A stretch of 64,000 nt of DNA, from assembly GCA_905178155.1 (NCBI GenBank), contig CAJINV010000008.1, positions 3,745,420-3,809,419 of the forward strand. The letters are read 5' to 3'. This DNA comes from Amoebophrya sp. A120 (taxonomy: Eukaryota; Protista; Dinoflagellata). Under the pieces are notes generated by a model. The model had not been told where the DNA came from and did no database searches. It saw nothing but the letters and a program-made list of their open reading frames with translations. The position numbers and the translations under genes were made by a program. This document shows, one piece after another, positions 12,501 to 23,700 of this stretch; position 1 is the first letter of the stretch; the number at the start of each line of letters is the position of its first letter.

Positions 12501-12667
12501 CTGTGCCTAGAGGGAAAGGATGGCTTCGGCTTTTAGTTTTATTTGCAGGACAAATGAGGGGGAGGCGGAGTAGTTGTGCACTCTCATAAAGGGCGGGTTG
12601 GATCTCGGTCATCACGTCTAAGGAAAATGCCGCCGGGAACGGAGGATACCTGCCGCGGGGGCAGTAA
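9594..12667 (+). CDS. Multi-pass membrane protein of an uncharacterised family; exons ~9594-11183, 11340-11456, 11614-11674, 11936-12292 and probably 12594-12667
   Basis: Frames join after removing element+5 nt (NHG|AFEE, AGA|MLQA, FRK|PRTL). Hydrophobic segments carry the motifs 'YRA..VERIC..SP..GR.VA..GE', 'AEQ.S...LENSTW', 'DLPMY' and 'W..VMLW'. The last exon is uncertain; an unspliced stop lies at 12333. Confidence 0.7.
11184..11334. mobile_element. TIR introner (family B)
   Basis: TIR TATCCTGTGCAAAAGTATCGTACTCGTA / TACTAGTACGATACTTTTGCAATGCATA; TSD ACGGT/ACGGT. Confidence 0.92.
11457..11608. mobile_element. TIR introner (family B, opposite orientation to 11184-11334)
   Basis: ~36-bp TIR TATGAACTGCAAAAGTATCGTACTCGTATAAATGCA; TSD GGGCC/GGGCA. 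Confidence 0.9.
11675..11930. mobile_element. TIR introner (family A subfamily 1, reverse orientation)
   Basis: TIR as in 2844-3382; TSD CAAGC/CAAGC; the internal sequence is the reverse complement of 2844-3382 minus its insert. Confidence 0.92.
12293..12588. mobile_element. Degenerate TIR introner
   Basis: Left TAGGAAAGTGCACAATTCCCCTGCTTCCCTC vs right reverse complement TATGAGAGTGCACAACTACTCCGCCTCCCCCTC; flanks GAAGA/AAGGG. Confidence 0.65.
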
Positions 12668-13179
12668 ATTCGGTGGATGTAGTGGACAGGGTGTACTGGA
12701 AGATTTCTTGGAGAAGACGAAATCAATCGTAGCGTAGTTTTCAACTACGCAGTTGAGAAACGATTGCAGTACTGTTGCAGCACTTTCTTTGGGGAACGAA
12801 AAATATTTGCGGTAGGCACTGGAGTTTTTCAGGAAATTCTCTTGATGTCCTCTAGTGGCTCATGAAAGAATATCAACGACAGATAGACGACAAAAAAAAC
12901 AGAATTTTCAAACCTCGAGTCTAGATGTAGATTCGTTTTTTACGCACTTTTAGTTTTACATGCAGCGACAATTTGAATAATAAATACGTATTGCTATGAT
13001 CGCAATCAATTTCAATATGTGGATGGCTTCTCAAATGCAAGAGCGGATGTACGTTCACTGAAATCGCACCAGCTTGTTGTTCAGTAACAGGAAAAGCGAT
13101 TTCAACATCAACACCGAAAGCGAAATGAAATACGACCACTTAGTACGTAGTACAGCAACGACTTAGCGACAAGTAGTTT

Positions 13180-13281
13180 CACGCACGACCGATAATATGT
13201 CACAGTAGGTAAAAAAATTCCCCGATAATATTTTGTGATCCCCCACGCACGACCGATAATATTTTGTGATCCCCCACGCAC
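13180..13281 (+). repeat. 31-bp tandem repeat at the 5' end of the RT element
   Basis: CCGATAATATTTTGTGATCCCCCACGCACGA at 13222-13252 and 13253-13281, plus a partial copy at 13180-13198. Confidence 0.85.
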
Positions 13282-16200
13282 CAGTCCGACCCGAAGTCCT
13301 GGAAGCAAGGGAGCGGCTGCCGACACTAGACGACCGAACAGGAGGCGGCGGAAGCTTTGGAGGAAGCGGAAAGCTCCCGTTCTTCGGTGCCTACAACAAG
13401 TACGTCGAACACATAAGCCAGCCGCGGGGCGCACTGGACACCGGCCCCGCCGGGAACCGTTTGCAGGATGCGGAGGGCGCCGGCATTGGCCACGCTGCTC
13501 ACACCCACGAAGCGCTCGACGCGCAAGCGCAGTTGGCGGACGACGCCGCAACTGAGGCTTCAGTAGCTCGACGGTGGGGGGATAAGAAGTCCAGCACGAG
13601 CGGCGCTGCGCGGCGAAGGGCGAAGCGGCTAAAGCGACAAGCAGGAGACTGCGCGGCACCGGCGCACCAGGGAGCGTGGCCTTCAGTCGGTAAGACGCTC
13701 AGGACGGCGGCGGCGGTAGTAGCCTCCTGCGGCGCTGCCATGATCGGGGCGATCGTCCCTTGGCCAACAGCACGGCCGCCAGCACAGCAGGATGACGTGT
13801 TGACACTCTCGCCCACCAACGAGACCGTCGCGCCGCCGAGAACTACCAGAATGCTGTTCCAGAAGGCGAAGTGGTCTGTCTATCGGGAGGAGATGACGAA
13901 GTACCTCCAGGCGCACCCAGTAACCCAAAAGACAACACTAGCGGACCGGGCGGAGCTATTCAGATCAGCAGTTGTCGAGGCGTCAAAGAAAGCGATTCCC
14001 CGGGCCACCGCAAAGCCAAGGAGACGAGCAGAAAAACAGAAGCAGCAGACAGAACTTGAACTAGCCATCGCCATGCGAAACTCTTGCAAGCGCATGACGA
14101 TCGTCGCGAGGACAGCCGAGGGCCGCCAGTACTGGTCCGACCAGACAAGACAAGCAACAAAGCGCATAGTAGCAGCGGAGAACGACCGCAAGCGGAAGGC
14201 GTTCCGGCGGGAGGCAGAGCGAGCCCAGCAAACAACCGCGGGGGCGTTCCGTTTGTTGCGGCAGCTCGAGGCAGGAGGGCGACCCGTTCGAGCCGAAGCG
14301 AAGGTCTTGACCCACCGAGGGAAGCAGCACAGCCAAGGCCTGGCAACGGTCTTTGCAGAGCACTACGGAAGCCTCCCGCAGCTACCGCAGCAAGAGGTAG
14401 ACAGCGCAAGGACGGAGGCGGAGGAAGTGTTCCGGGCGGAGATACCAAAAGACGCAGGCGTCACGTTCTCCCTAGACGAAGTACAGGCGGCCATCTCGTC
14501 CCAGGCAGGCTCGTCGGCGGCAGGGCCGGACGGAGTACAGGGGGCGCAGGTGAAAAACCTGCCGACGGAAGCCAAAAAGTTTCTAGCCAATTTCTTCAGC
14601 GAGTGCGCGACGACGGGGGTCTGCCCCAAAGCGTATAAACGGGAAAAGCTGAAGCCGCTCCTCAAGGCAGGCAAGCCCAACCACCTGCCGGGCAGCTACC
14701 GCCCCGTTGCCCTCACGTCCGTGGTGTGCAAAATCCTGGAGCGCTGCGTGCAGCAAAGGGCGAGGCAGCTCTTCGTCTCCTCCGGCCTCCCAAGCAGGAG
14801 CCTCAGACAGTACGGAGACAGCAAAGGGCGAGGCGCGGCAGAGCATGTCGCAACCCTGGCGGCCCGTGCGCAGCAGACCTTCCGAAACGGGCGCAAAAGG
14901 GCCACGGTCCTCCTGGACCTCAGTACTGCTTTCGACCGCCTAGAGGCGAACAAGTTTGCCGCCGAGGCGCTCCGATCCCGCTTTGTACTCCCCCCGCAGC
15001 AGCGCGTCCAGTTTGTCCTGCTGGTCCGGTGGATGAGAAACTTCTGCCTCGATCGTTTCCGAGTAGTAGAATACGACGGCGGCAGAACGGAAGCCCATGC
15101 GGTCCGGCAAGGGGTGCCGCAGGGCACAGTCTGCGGCCCGACGATATGGTGTTTCTTTTTCAACGCAGTTGCCCGCTGTGTGGAAGACCTGGCGCCGGGG
15201 TTGGATGTGTTCCTGTACATGGACGACGTAGCCCTGTCCCTGGACTACATCGACCCAAAACAAGCCCAGGCGATCCTGCAGACCGCCTTGAACCGCATTG
15301 CTGCTTGGTGCTCCTCCTCCAACATGGAGCTTTCCCCCGGCAAGTGTTCGGTCATAATCCTCCAGCGAATGTACGTCGGGGAGACGCAGGAGTTGCCGCT
15401 GCACATCAACGGCGTTCCACTTCCATACGACGCTGCGCCGAAGTTTTTAGGCGTTTCGCTGGATAGGGAGATGAAGTTCACGACCCACGCACAAAAAACC
15501 GTCGCAAAAGCAAGACGCCGTATGGCCGCAGTGCGGGCATTGAGCAGGAACAGTTGGACGCGGGGGGCCGACATTCGGGTGATGTATCGGCTCTTCGTCG
15601 AGTCGCTCTTCCGCTACGGCTTGGGCACGTACTTCCCAGCGCTTCCACAGAAGGAAAAGGCCGAAATGGAGCAAATCCAGCAGCAGGCGGCGCGCCTGAT
15701 CCTCGGGGCCCCGAGAACAGCAAACGGGGAGGCTGTGGTGTTTGAAGCAGGCCTGCAGTCTCTGAGCGACTTGACAACCGTGGAGGCAGCGGCCTTAGTC
15801 GGCCGAGCAATGTCGCGACCACAAGGAGACCCCCTGCGAACCGAGGTGGAAAGGGGCGCGCAAGTAGTCGATTGGGTGGATCGGGCGTTCGAGGCCATCA
15901 CCGGGTCCGCTCTCCCAGGGGGGACAGAAGTACAGGTCGAGCACGGGGGCTGTCTGCCGCAGGACGGGATCAGCTCCGTGCATTGCGCGATCGAGGCCGG
16001 AAAGCTGCGCTTTGATCCCTATGGCGTCCCGGACGTCGAGCTGCGGCGCGCGACGCAGGCCGCGGACATCGCGATCTACACGGACGGCTCGGTGCGGGAA
16101 TTTTGCTACTCCGCCGGCATCGTGGTAGACGGGGGCGAAAACCTCTACGAAGAGTACGCCTGGCCATGCGGCTGCTTTGGTGACTCCTTCGACGCGGAGC

Positions 16201-19200
16201 GACAGGCTTTGTTGGGTTCCTTCATGTTGATGCAGGACCGAAGCGAGTTTGCGGGGACGCGTGTCATCCTGGTGACCGACTCCCAGTCGAACCTGGAGGC
16301 CCTTTTGAATCCCCGCATACGCGATGAGTCCGATGTTGGTCTCTATAATGCACTGGCGGGAGCAGTCGAGAACGTCCAGCATTTGTGGCTGGTCTTTACG
16401 AAATCCCACCGGAACGTCGTCGCAGGGAACGAGGTGGCCGACAAGTTGGCCTCGCTAGTAACCAAGCACAGCAGCAACTTCAACGATACGGGCGCCCGCG
16501 TGACACATCGACAAGTGAAACAAGAAGTGCAGCGATCAGTCAAAAACGCAACCCGCAAGTGCCTCCAAGGGCGGGGGGAGAAAGCGCCAGACGCGGAGGG
16601 AGGTTCCAAAACCCTCAGCACCCTGCTAGGGGTGTCGGAATTCAAGAAGAACCCAGTGGATTCCGTCTGCGCTACACGGGAAGACGAGATCTTGTACAAC
16701 TGCGCCCGCTTGGGTTTGGCCTGCTCGGATAGCACGGGACGGGACTACGCTTGTCCCTTCTGCAGTAGGAAGGGTGTTCGAGGAGAAGAGGCCTCCACCT
16801 GGCACCTCGTCGCGGGTTGCCCAGAGCTGGAGAGCCTTCGGATTCCGCCAGAGGATGCCTGCGAAGAAGTAAACGGACCGTTCGTGTGGGGTCCGCATTT
16901 GCTTCAAGACGACCCAGCCTGGGGGGTCGAGTACCTGGCCTGCGTCCGCGATCTCCTGAAGGAGCCGTACGAAGAAGAAGACTGCGGGGAGGACTGTGAT
17001 GACGACGACGAGGCAGACGAGAGAAGCATTGCGGCGCCGGACGAAACTGCAGATGACGGGTGGCAAGGCGGCGGCGAACTCGAGCAGGACGCAGATCCGG
17101 AGATGTTGTGGGCAGCCGCAGGCGACTACGTCGGGGTGCCGGAGCGGGAGCGGAGCCATGCGGTCGTTGTCCCGGGGGGACGTTCGAGAGGCTGTTGGAG
17201 CCTCGCTGCCCTAACCGCAGCAGGAGAAGCACTTGGTTGGACGGGTCCGGGGATTCGTCGTCCAGGCTGCAGCGTCTCCGTGGGGAACCTCGTACACCTG
17301 CCGTCCACCAGCCGAACAGCGGATGTTGGTGTACGCGCGACCGACCTCGCGCAACAGCCCTGGAACAGCAGCCACGACCACAAATTCCGACTACAACTAG
17401 CAGCATCTGCAGCAGCGAGAAAGATCAGCGTTTGCAAAAAAGTAGCGCCAGGACGTCCCCCACCAACCCCGCGCACCCACACAGCCGGCCCAGAAGGGGG
17501 GTGGGGGCGTCCGGCACGCAGGAGGCTGGACACCTCCCCGCCGCCGAGCCGACCCATCCATTACGACCTCCACGCTCCTCTCCACGATCTATTCATCACG
17601 ACCTGCCGCCTGTCGCCAGTTCCCGCCAACCCCACGTTCCTAACGGCCCCACCTCCGGAGCCCAGCAACAACCGCACGCAAGGGCGGGAAGCTGCTGGTG
17701 GAAGCTCGGCAACGGCAGTGATCTTACGACGGTATGGTGTCGATTTCGGGGGGAGCGTAGAGACGGCAGAAGCAAACCGAACCGGGACGCAGCAGCTACA
17801 GGACCAGCATACCGTGCTAAGAGCAAAGCAGCAGAAGGAGCCCCCCACGCGACTGCCGGGCGCCAACACCAACCAGTCCCGTTCCCCGGAGCCCCAGACC
17901 AGCCGCACACGAGCACAGGAAGCCGGACACGGAAGCCGGGGCGCGGGGAGTCGCGCGCGGGTGCGGTCCTGTCGCTTCGGCGCAACGGGAGTGCTCCTAC
18001 GGCAGTATGGTGTTGATTGCAGACGGGAAGCAGGGACGCCAGGTGCAGACCAGTCAGGGACGCAGCAACGCAGGGGCCCGCATACCGTGCTAAGAGCAAA
18101 GCGGGGAGAAGAGCCCCCCACGCGAACGCCGGGCGCTAACAACAGCCAGCCGACGCAACAGCAGCGCCAGCAGACAACCCGGAACACGGGCGACACAGCT
18201 GCCGCGACACCTCTTCTGCTCATAACCGGTTGCGGCACTCCGGGCCGCGGAACGAGTTTTGGCCGCATCACCTGGACATCGGAGCGCGAGGCTCTGGGAA
18301 CGACAACTGAGTCGGGAGGTGGACGACGCCATGAGGTGGACCCAAAAACTACCGCTGCGCTACGGGAACTCGACCACACCAAGCAGAGCGATGACCAAGC
18401 GACAGGCGGCGCCCAGTTTGTACGGGGCAACAAAAACCATCCACCTGCGCCACGGCTCGTCATCACCGGCAAACCGGCGCACATCTTCGACTTCTCTTTG
18501 GCGCCAGGCGGCAGCAGCGACGACCACAAGTTCCGCCTAGCAGCATCCTCAGCAGCGAGAAACGTCAGCGTTTGCGAAAAAGCAGCGCCAGGACGTCCCC
18601 CACCAACCCCGCGCACCCACACAGCCGTCCCAGATGGGGGGTGGGGGCGTCCGGCACGGTATTCTAGTACTTTGCTGCTATGTGATGTTGTTAGTTTATC
18701 TCCGCGTGCGATTTGCTTGGTCTCTCATGCTCATTTCCCTCCGGTGTTTCCCTGTCCGAACTTCTCAAAACAGCATGGGCGCAGGAGGATTGACGCCGGT
18801 TGCAGCCCCAATTTCCCTCAGTACCTGCCGCTCCGCCCCGTCCACTATACGTTCCCCGCGACCCGACCTACGAAGCTCTCCTCCGACCTCCCACAAGCAC
18901 ACGACGCTGGAGACGGAAGCTGGAGTTCGAGGGATTTCGCTCGGCCGCCTCCACGGTCCTGTTGCATCGCCGAGACGGGAGTGATCTTACGACGGTATGG
19001 CGTTGCTTTCGAACGGAACGGAGGGACAGCAGAAGCAAACCGAACCGGGACACAACAGGTGGAGGACCGCCATACCGTGCTAAGAGCAAAGCAGCGGAAG
19101 GAGCCCCCCACGCGACTGCCGGGCGCCAACACCAACCAGCCGACGCAGCAGCAGCGCCACCAGACAACCGGGAGCACGGGCGACACTGCCACCGCGAGGG

Positions 19201-20075
19201 AAAAAGCAGCGCCGGGACGTTCCCCGCCCACCTCGCGCGACCATACCAGCCACCGCCTGGGCAGGTGGCGGGGGCGTCCGGCATGGACTTGGGGTCTTCT
19301 TTTCCGCTTCTCGCCCGGGCCCACGTGCACTAGCCAGAGCCTTCACGTCCCGCGCCGCTCGCTCTACCACGATATCGCGCGAGCCTTCCCGACCCGGACC
19401 TGGTGGACCCCGAGGCCGATCGGGTTTCAGCGTCCAACTGCGAACGACCAGCAACGGTGGTTCCTGCGGGCCGTCCAGTTCGGGCGCCTCGCCCTTCCTG
19501 GTGGAAAACAACTTTTCCGTAACGATACCGGCGCCGGCGTCCCCCACCTGTTGATAAGGAGAGGGGAGGCGCGACCCAGGTGGGGGCGCCGGAACAGGTA
19601 TAAAAGTGTTGTTTTGAGCAGACGATGGACTGGTGCTGGTGCTTCTTCGTTTGCTTTCTCCTGCCGCGTGGTGCTGTTCCCCCAACACGACCTTCAGGTA
19701 GCCCACCGCTCGTCGCTGTGTTCCTCACGTACTAAACAGAACCACCGGTCCGGCCTGATCCGCTTGCACGTCGACGTCGCTGACCGAACTCGCTCGACCC
19801 GGACCTGGTGTAGCCGCGAACTGGCTACTGCAATTGCTCTAGGCGGACCGAACCCCCCCGGTGCCCCTGTCCTGCTCGGGTGGAAATGCGGGAGGGGGCA
19901 CCGGAGCAGGTATTATGTGTTTGTCCGGATGTCGTGCTCCTTCGTCCTGCATGATCCACATGCCGTTGTCCTGCGTTCCCACGACCACAAACAGGTGGTC
20001 CACCGATGGTGCCCGGAGTCAGGCCGACGGCCGCCGGCGGATTTTTCCGCTAAACAGCGGCTGAAAAAATGCTAA
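13266..20075 (+). mobile_element. Non-LTR retrotransposon (I/Ingi-group-like) ORF: reverse transcriptase + RNase H + Cys/His motif + long repetitive extension
   Basis: RT motifs SAAGPDGV, YRPVALTSVVCKILER, LLDLSTAFD, GVPQGTVCGP, YMDD (~15217), FLGVSLD; RNase H IYTDGS (~16074), SFDAERQAL, VTDSQS, SH..GNEVADKLA; CPFC..HLVAGC (~16750-16820). No N-terminal APE endonuclease was recognised. Confidence 0.92.
17366..19290 (+). repeat. Interspersed structured repeat modules (A x3, B x3) in the 3' part of the RT element
   Basis: Module A at ~17366-17520, ~18511-18658 and ~19198-19283; module B at ~17718-17877, ~17985-18200 and ~18975-19190; each module contains an internal inverted repeat. Confidence 0.85.
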
Positions 20076-20730
20076 AAGTAATCGGCAGGGCGGCGGTTTC
20101 GCGCCGTTCGCCGNNNNNNNNNNNNNNNNNNNNNNNNNNNNNNNNNNNNNNNNNNNNNNNNNNNNNNNNNNNNNNNNNNNNNNNNNNNNNNNNNNNNNNN
20201 NNNNNNNNNNNNNTCAGGCCGACGGCCGCCGGCGGATTTTTCCGCTAAACAGCGGCTGAAAAAATGCTAAAAGTAATCGGCAGGGCGGCGGTTTCGCGCC
20301 GTTCGCCGCCCCGTCCGATCTTTCTCAGTTGCCCTGGCGGGGGGCCGCTCGTGCGTGGTTCCTTTTCGGGGGAAGTGCGACCGCAAGTGCCGCGGGCGCC
20401 TCGATGGCTCCGGCGCGCTGAAAGTTTATGCTCCGTGCTGAGTATGTGTTCGCGATTTGCGCAGGCTTGATGGTGTTCTCGCTGAAGATCTTGACTTTGA
20501 TGGTTTTAGCCCGTGAGGCGTTATTGCGTTGCGCGTTGCATTGTCGTCGTGCCGGGTTTCGGTGTTCCGCTTTTTGAGGTATCTAGGCACTGCAAATGTT
20601 TGAAAAAGGATGGAACTTTAGCTAACAGAAGTAAGATTTATTTTGTATCCTTCGGCAAGACGCATTACTTCCCTGAGTTCAGTCCTTGAGTTTTGGCCTG
20701 ACCGCGCTGCTGGTCCCACCTGGCAACAAG

Positions 20731-23700
20731 ATGGACAGTGCTCCGGCGAGAGCAACGGCCCCCGGCACAAACGACGTCGATATACTGGCGCGGCATCTCA
20801 TTAGTAGCGACAAGATTCGACTGCTCCGGGGGATGCTGATTCTGCCGCACTCGTTATGCCATTGACACCATGAGAAAAAGCAGAAGCTTGTCATGCGTTC
20901 TGGGGTTTTTATGGAAGTTTATATCTTGCCCCCACAGCAAAATGCTTTTTCTCATTTTGACAATTGCATAGCCAAGCAGAACCAACGTCGGCCGATATGG
21001 GAGATTTCTGATAAAAGTGCTGACCGAAACAGCATCTGGCGAAACCGCTACCGCACTGCAGCTTATGGGAGAAAAAAGCGAGCAGGCGATAGGGCGGATT
21101 TTTGAAAAGATCGAGGCGAGGGTCATGCTGGCGTATTTCCGGTGCCAGGGTGACCATGTTCGGTGGACCGCGGGCCAGTGCCATTCCCGGGGGCGGGGAA
21201 TATTATCCCACATACAGTTTGATGGGACGCCGCTGTGCTTGTTAACCTCCGGCGACTATGTGACCGCGGACTGTTTTGGGGTTAGTCAGTGCATCGCGAT
21301 GCCGCGCGCGGATTCTTCGCACAGTGCTTACCGACTAGCCTCCCCCGATGGGTTTGACCAAGTACGCTATTGGGTCGGGGGGCAGGTGGTGCAAATGCTG
21401 GAGGGCCACACGGATTCGATGGTCCACCAAGTCCTCCGCCAGCGCACGATCTACGTCCGAACTTTATTCGATCCGCACTCTCCGGATGGTCTCCGGGGAT
21501 TCACGCTAAGCCGTATGCACATGACAAATGCCAGTTTTGAGCTGCAGTGCGGAAACTATCTCAAGAAGCCACACCAGGAACTTGTCATGCTCAGAACTTT
21601 GTCATGCAGCGCTCAGAGATTTGTCATGCAGCGGCGCAATTTGTCATGCAGTTTTCATACATGTTGCACCTTCTTGAGATAGTGACTAAACTGACTTCCC
21701 AAAGCTGGCTTATTTTTATTTTGCAGTGCGGACTACGGGGCAGACGGCGGCAGTGCAGGGGTATTACGAAAGTACTGCGCATTGCAGCACGAGATGGGTC
21801 TACTGGTGGGTGGGCCGACCACTTTACTACAGTCGTTGCTGGACTTGGTCTTCGTCGATACCTGTTATCAGAAAAAAAACGTCTCTGCCCTTCTTGAAAG
21901 TGTTTTTATGCATGACATTTCGCAAGTATAATCACGATGAAAAGGCGCTTTCAAGAAGGGCAAATACTTTTTTTTTGCATATTGCCGTGATCCACACGAT
22001 GCACTGCGCGATGGAGGACGGCCTGCGGTCTTTGGAACTTTTTGCAGATGAAAAGCATGACGACGACATCAAGCGGATCAGCAACGCCATGCGGAAGAGC
22101 GGCAAAGCTCTGCGAGAACACGTCCACGACTTCGCTCTCCAGCATTACATCTGCAAACCGCTCAAGGACCCGGAGCTGTACGCAGAAACTTTGAAGTTTG
22201 TCTGTGGCGCAGGGCAGGAGGGGCTGCGGGATCGACTTATCCGATTGGGTCTGCGGCACGAAGGGCACGCCCTGGCAGGAAATTTGCGATTTTGCGAAGA
22301 TACAGTTGGGGAGGTTGCGGACTGTTTGTTGGAGATCCGCTACAAGCAGATGCAATTCGGGCGGGTGGGTAACAGCCTACTCCCAGCAAGGGCTGCGGCT
22401 TTGGCAGATATAGTCGGGATTCACCATCTTGCCGAAATGGTGATGAAAAAGGGCCGCCGCAGGTTCTTCATCAAGCAAGCATTTGATACGACCACCGTGC
22501 GCTACCGAAAGGAATACCCGAAGGCCATCTGGAGCATGATAACCCTCCTGCCTGTCTTCGAACACGCAGAGAAGACCCTCCTGCGCGACGACTCGCTGCA
22601 GGGCATTTCAGCGGTTCAAAAAGCAATGGAGGAAGAGCTTGCAGCATGGCGGAGCACGGATTTTCGAAAGTATTGGGGCTATTCCAGTATTCCGGCAGAG
22701 GAGATCGACGCACAGCTCCACAAAGTTTATCTCGCAATCGATATCGCTGCAGCTTCGGCGTACGCCTTGGCCTTTCGGAGATTGGAGCACGCCCCGTACA
22801 GCCACTTCCTCGGGGCCGGTCTCACGCTGGAGAAGATTCTGGACCGCGTCCGCAACACACCAGTCGAGAAGGCGGACTTCGGCTTCACCCGGAAGTTGCA
22901 GCAGCTGAGCCAGATGGCGCCCAAGGTGTTGGAGAGTCACAAGTCCAGTCTGGCGGACGTCTGTGGTTTGCTTCTCACCGTTCCGCAGTCGGTGTTCATA
23001 CGGGAAAAGCTGCACAAACATAGCCACCGACACAACTTATCCTCAAAATCCTTCTCCTCCGTAAACGTCCTGCAGTGGAATTCCACCTTCGTACGAAGTG
23101 TCAACCTCCAGCCACCTACAGCAAGTCGAGATTTCCGCATGAGAGTATTTTCTCATGCGGAAATCGCAAAGAAAGGTGCATGGCTGGAGGATTTGTTTTT
23201 CATACCAAGTGGAGCAGAGTATGTGTCTTGGGTCACAGAACCGCGCCTCCCCTACCACCGGCCAGGTCCTGTCCTGGGACGAGCTTGCCCTGCAGTCCAA
23301 CGCGCACAAGATTACTCGCCCGTCCATGTTCGTCGCCGAAAATGCAAAAAAGAATATCGGGGGGCAACAGGCCCAAAGCAAGTACTTCGCGTCGATGATG
23401 GAGACCTTCGCTACGAAGAACATGGCAGGGGAGACGGAGTACCTCACCAGCCACGTGGCCAAACGCCGGGCGGAAAAAGTAGAGGGGGAATTGGAAAAAC
23501 AGGCACGGGAGTTACAGCGGTACGCGGACCGGGAGAGCAAGATACAGCGCAGGAAGACTTTTGTCACCGGGATCAACACAGACAACCTGGACGACGAAAT
23601 TACAGATGGCAGTTGGCTCGAAGCTTGGCATGACCTCCCCGTCGACTGCTCGGGTGAGCTTCGACAGATGTGCCAGCAGGACTACGACAAGGATCTCGCC

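Noticed and set aside
17366-19290. CRISPR-like or retron/DGR interpretation of the RT plus repeats
   Set aside because: The repeats are long, irregular and lack unique spacers or adenine-specific variation; the RT is non-LTR type in a eukaryotic context.
20019-20308. Double copy of the left TIR
   Set aside because: An identical 95-bp overlap lies on both sides of a 100-N gap; this is a scaffolding artefact.
21726-21990. N-terminus of predicted ORF 21726 (MRTTGQ...FFLHIA)
   Set aside because: It reads through an AT-rich TIR element; the alternative frame gives ADGG and CxxH motifs, so it is treated as a chance open frame.
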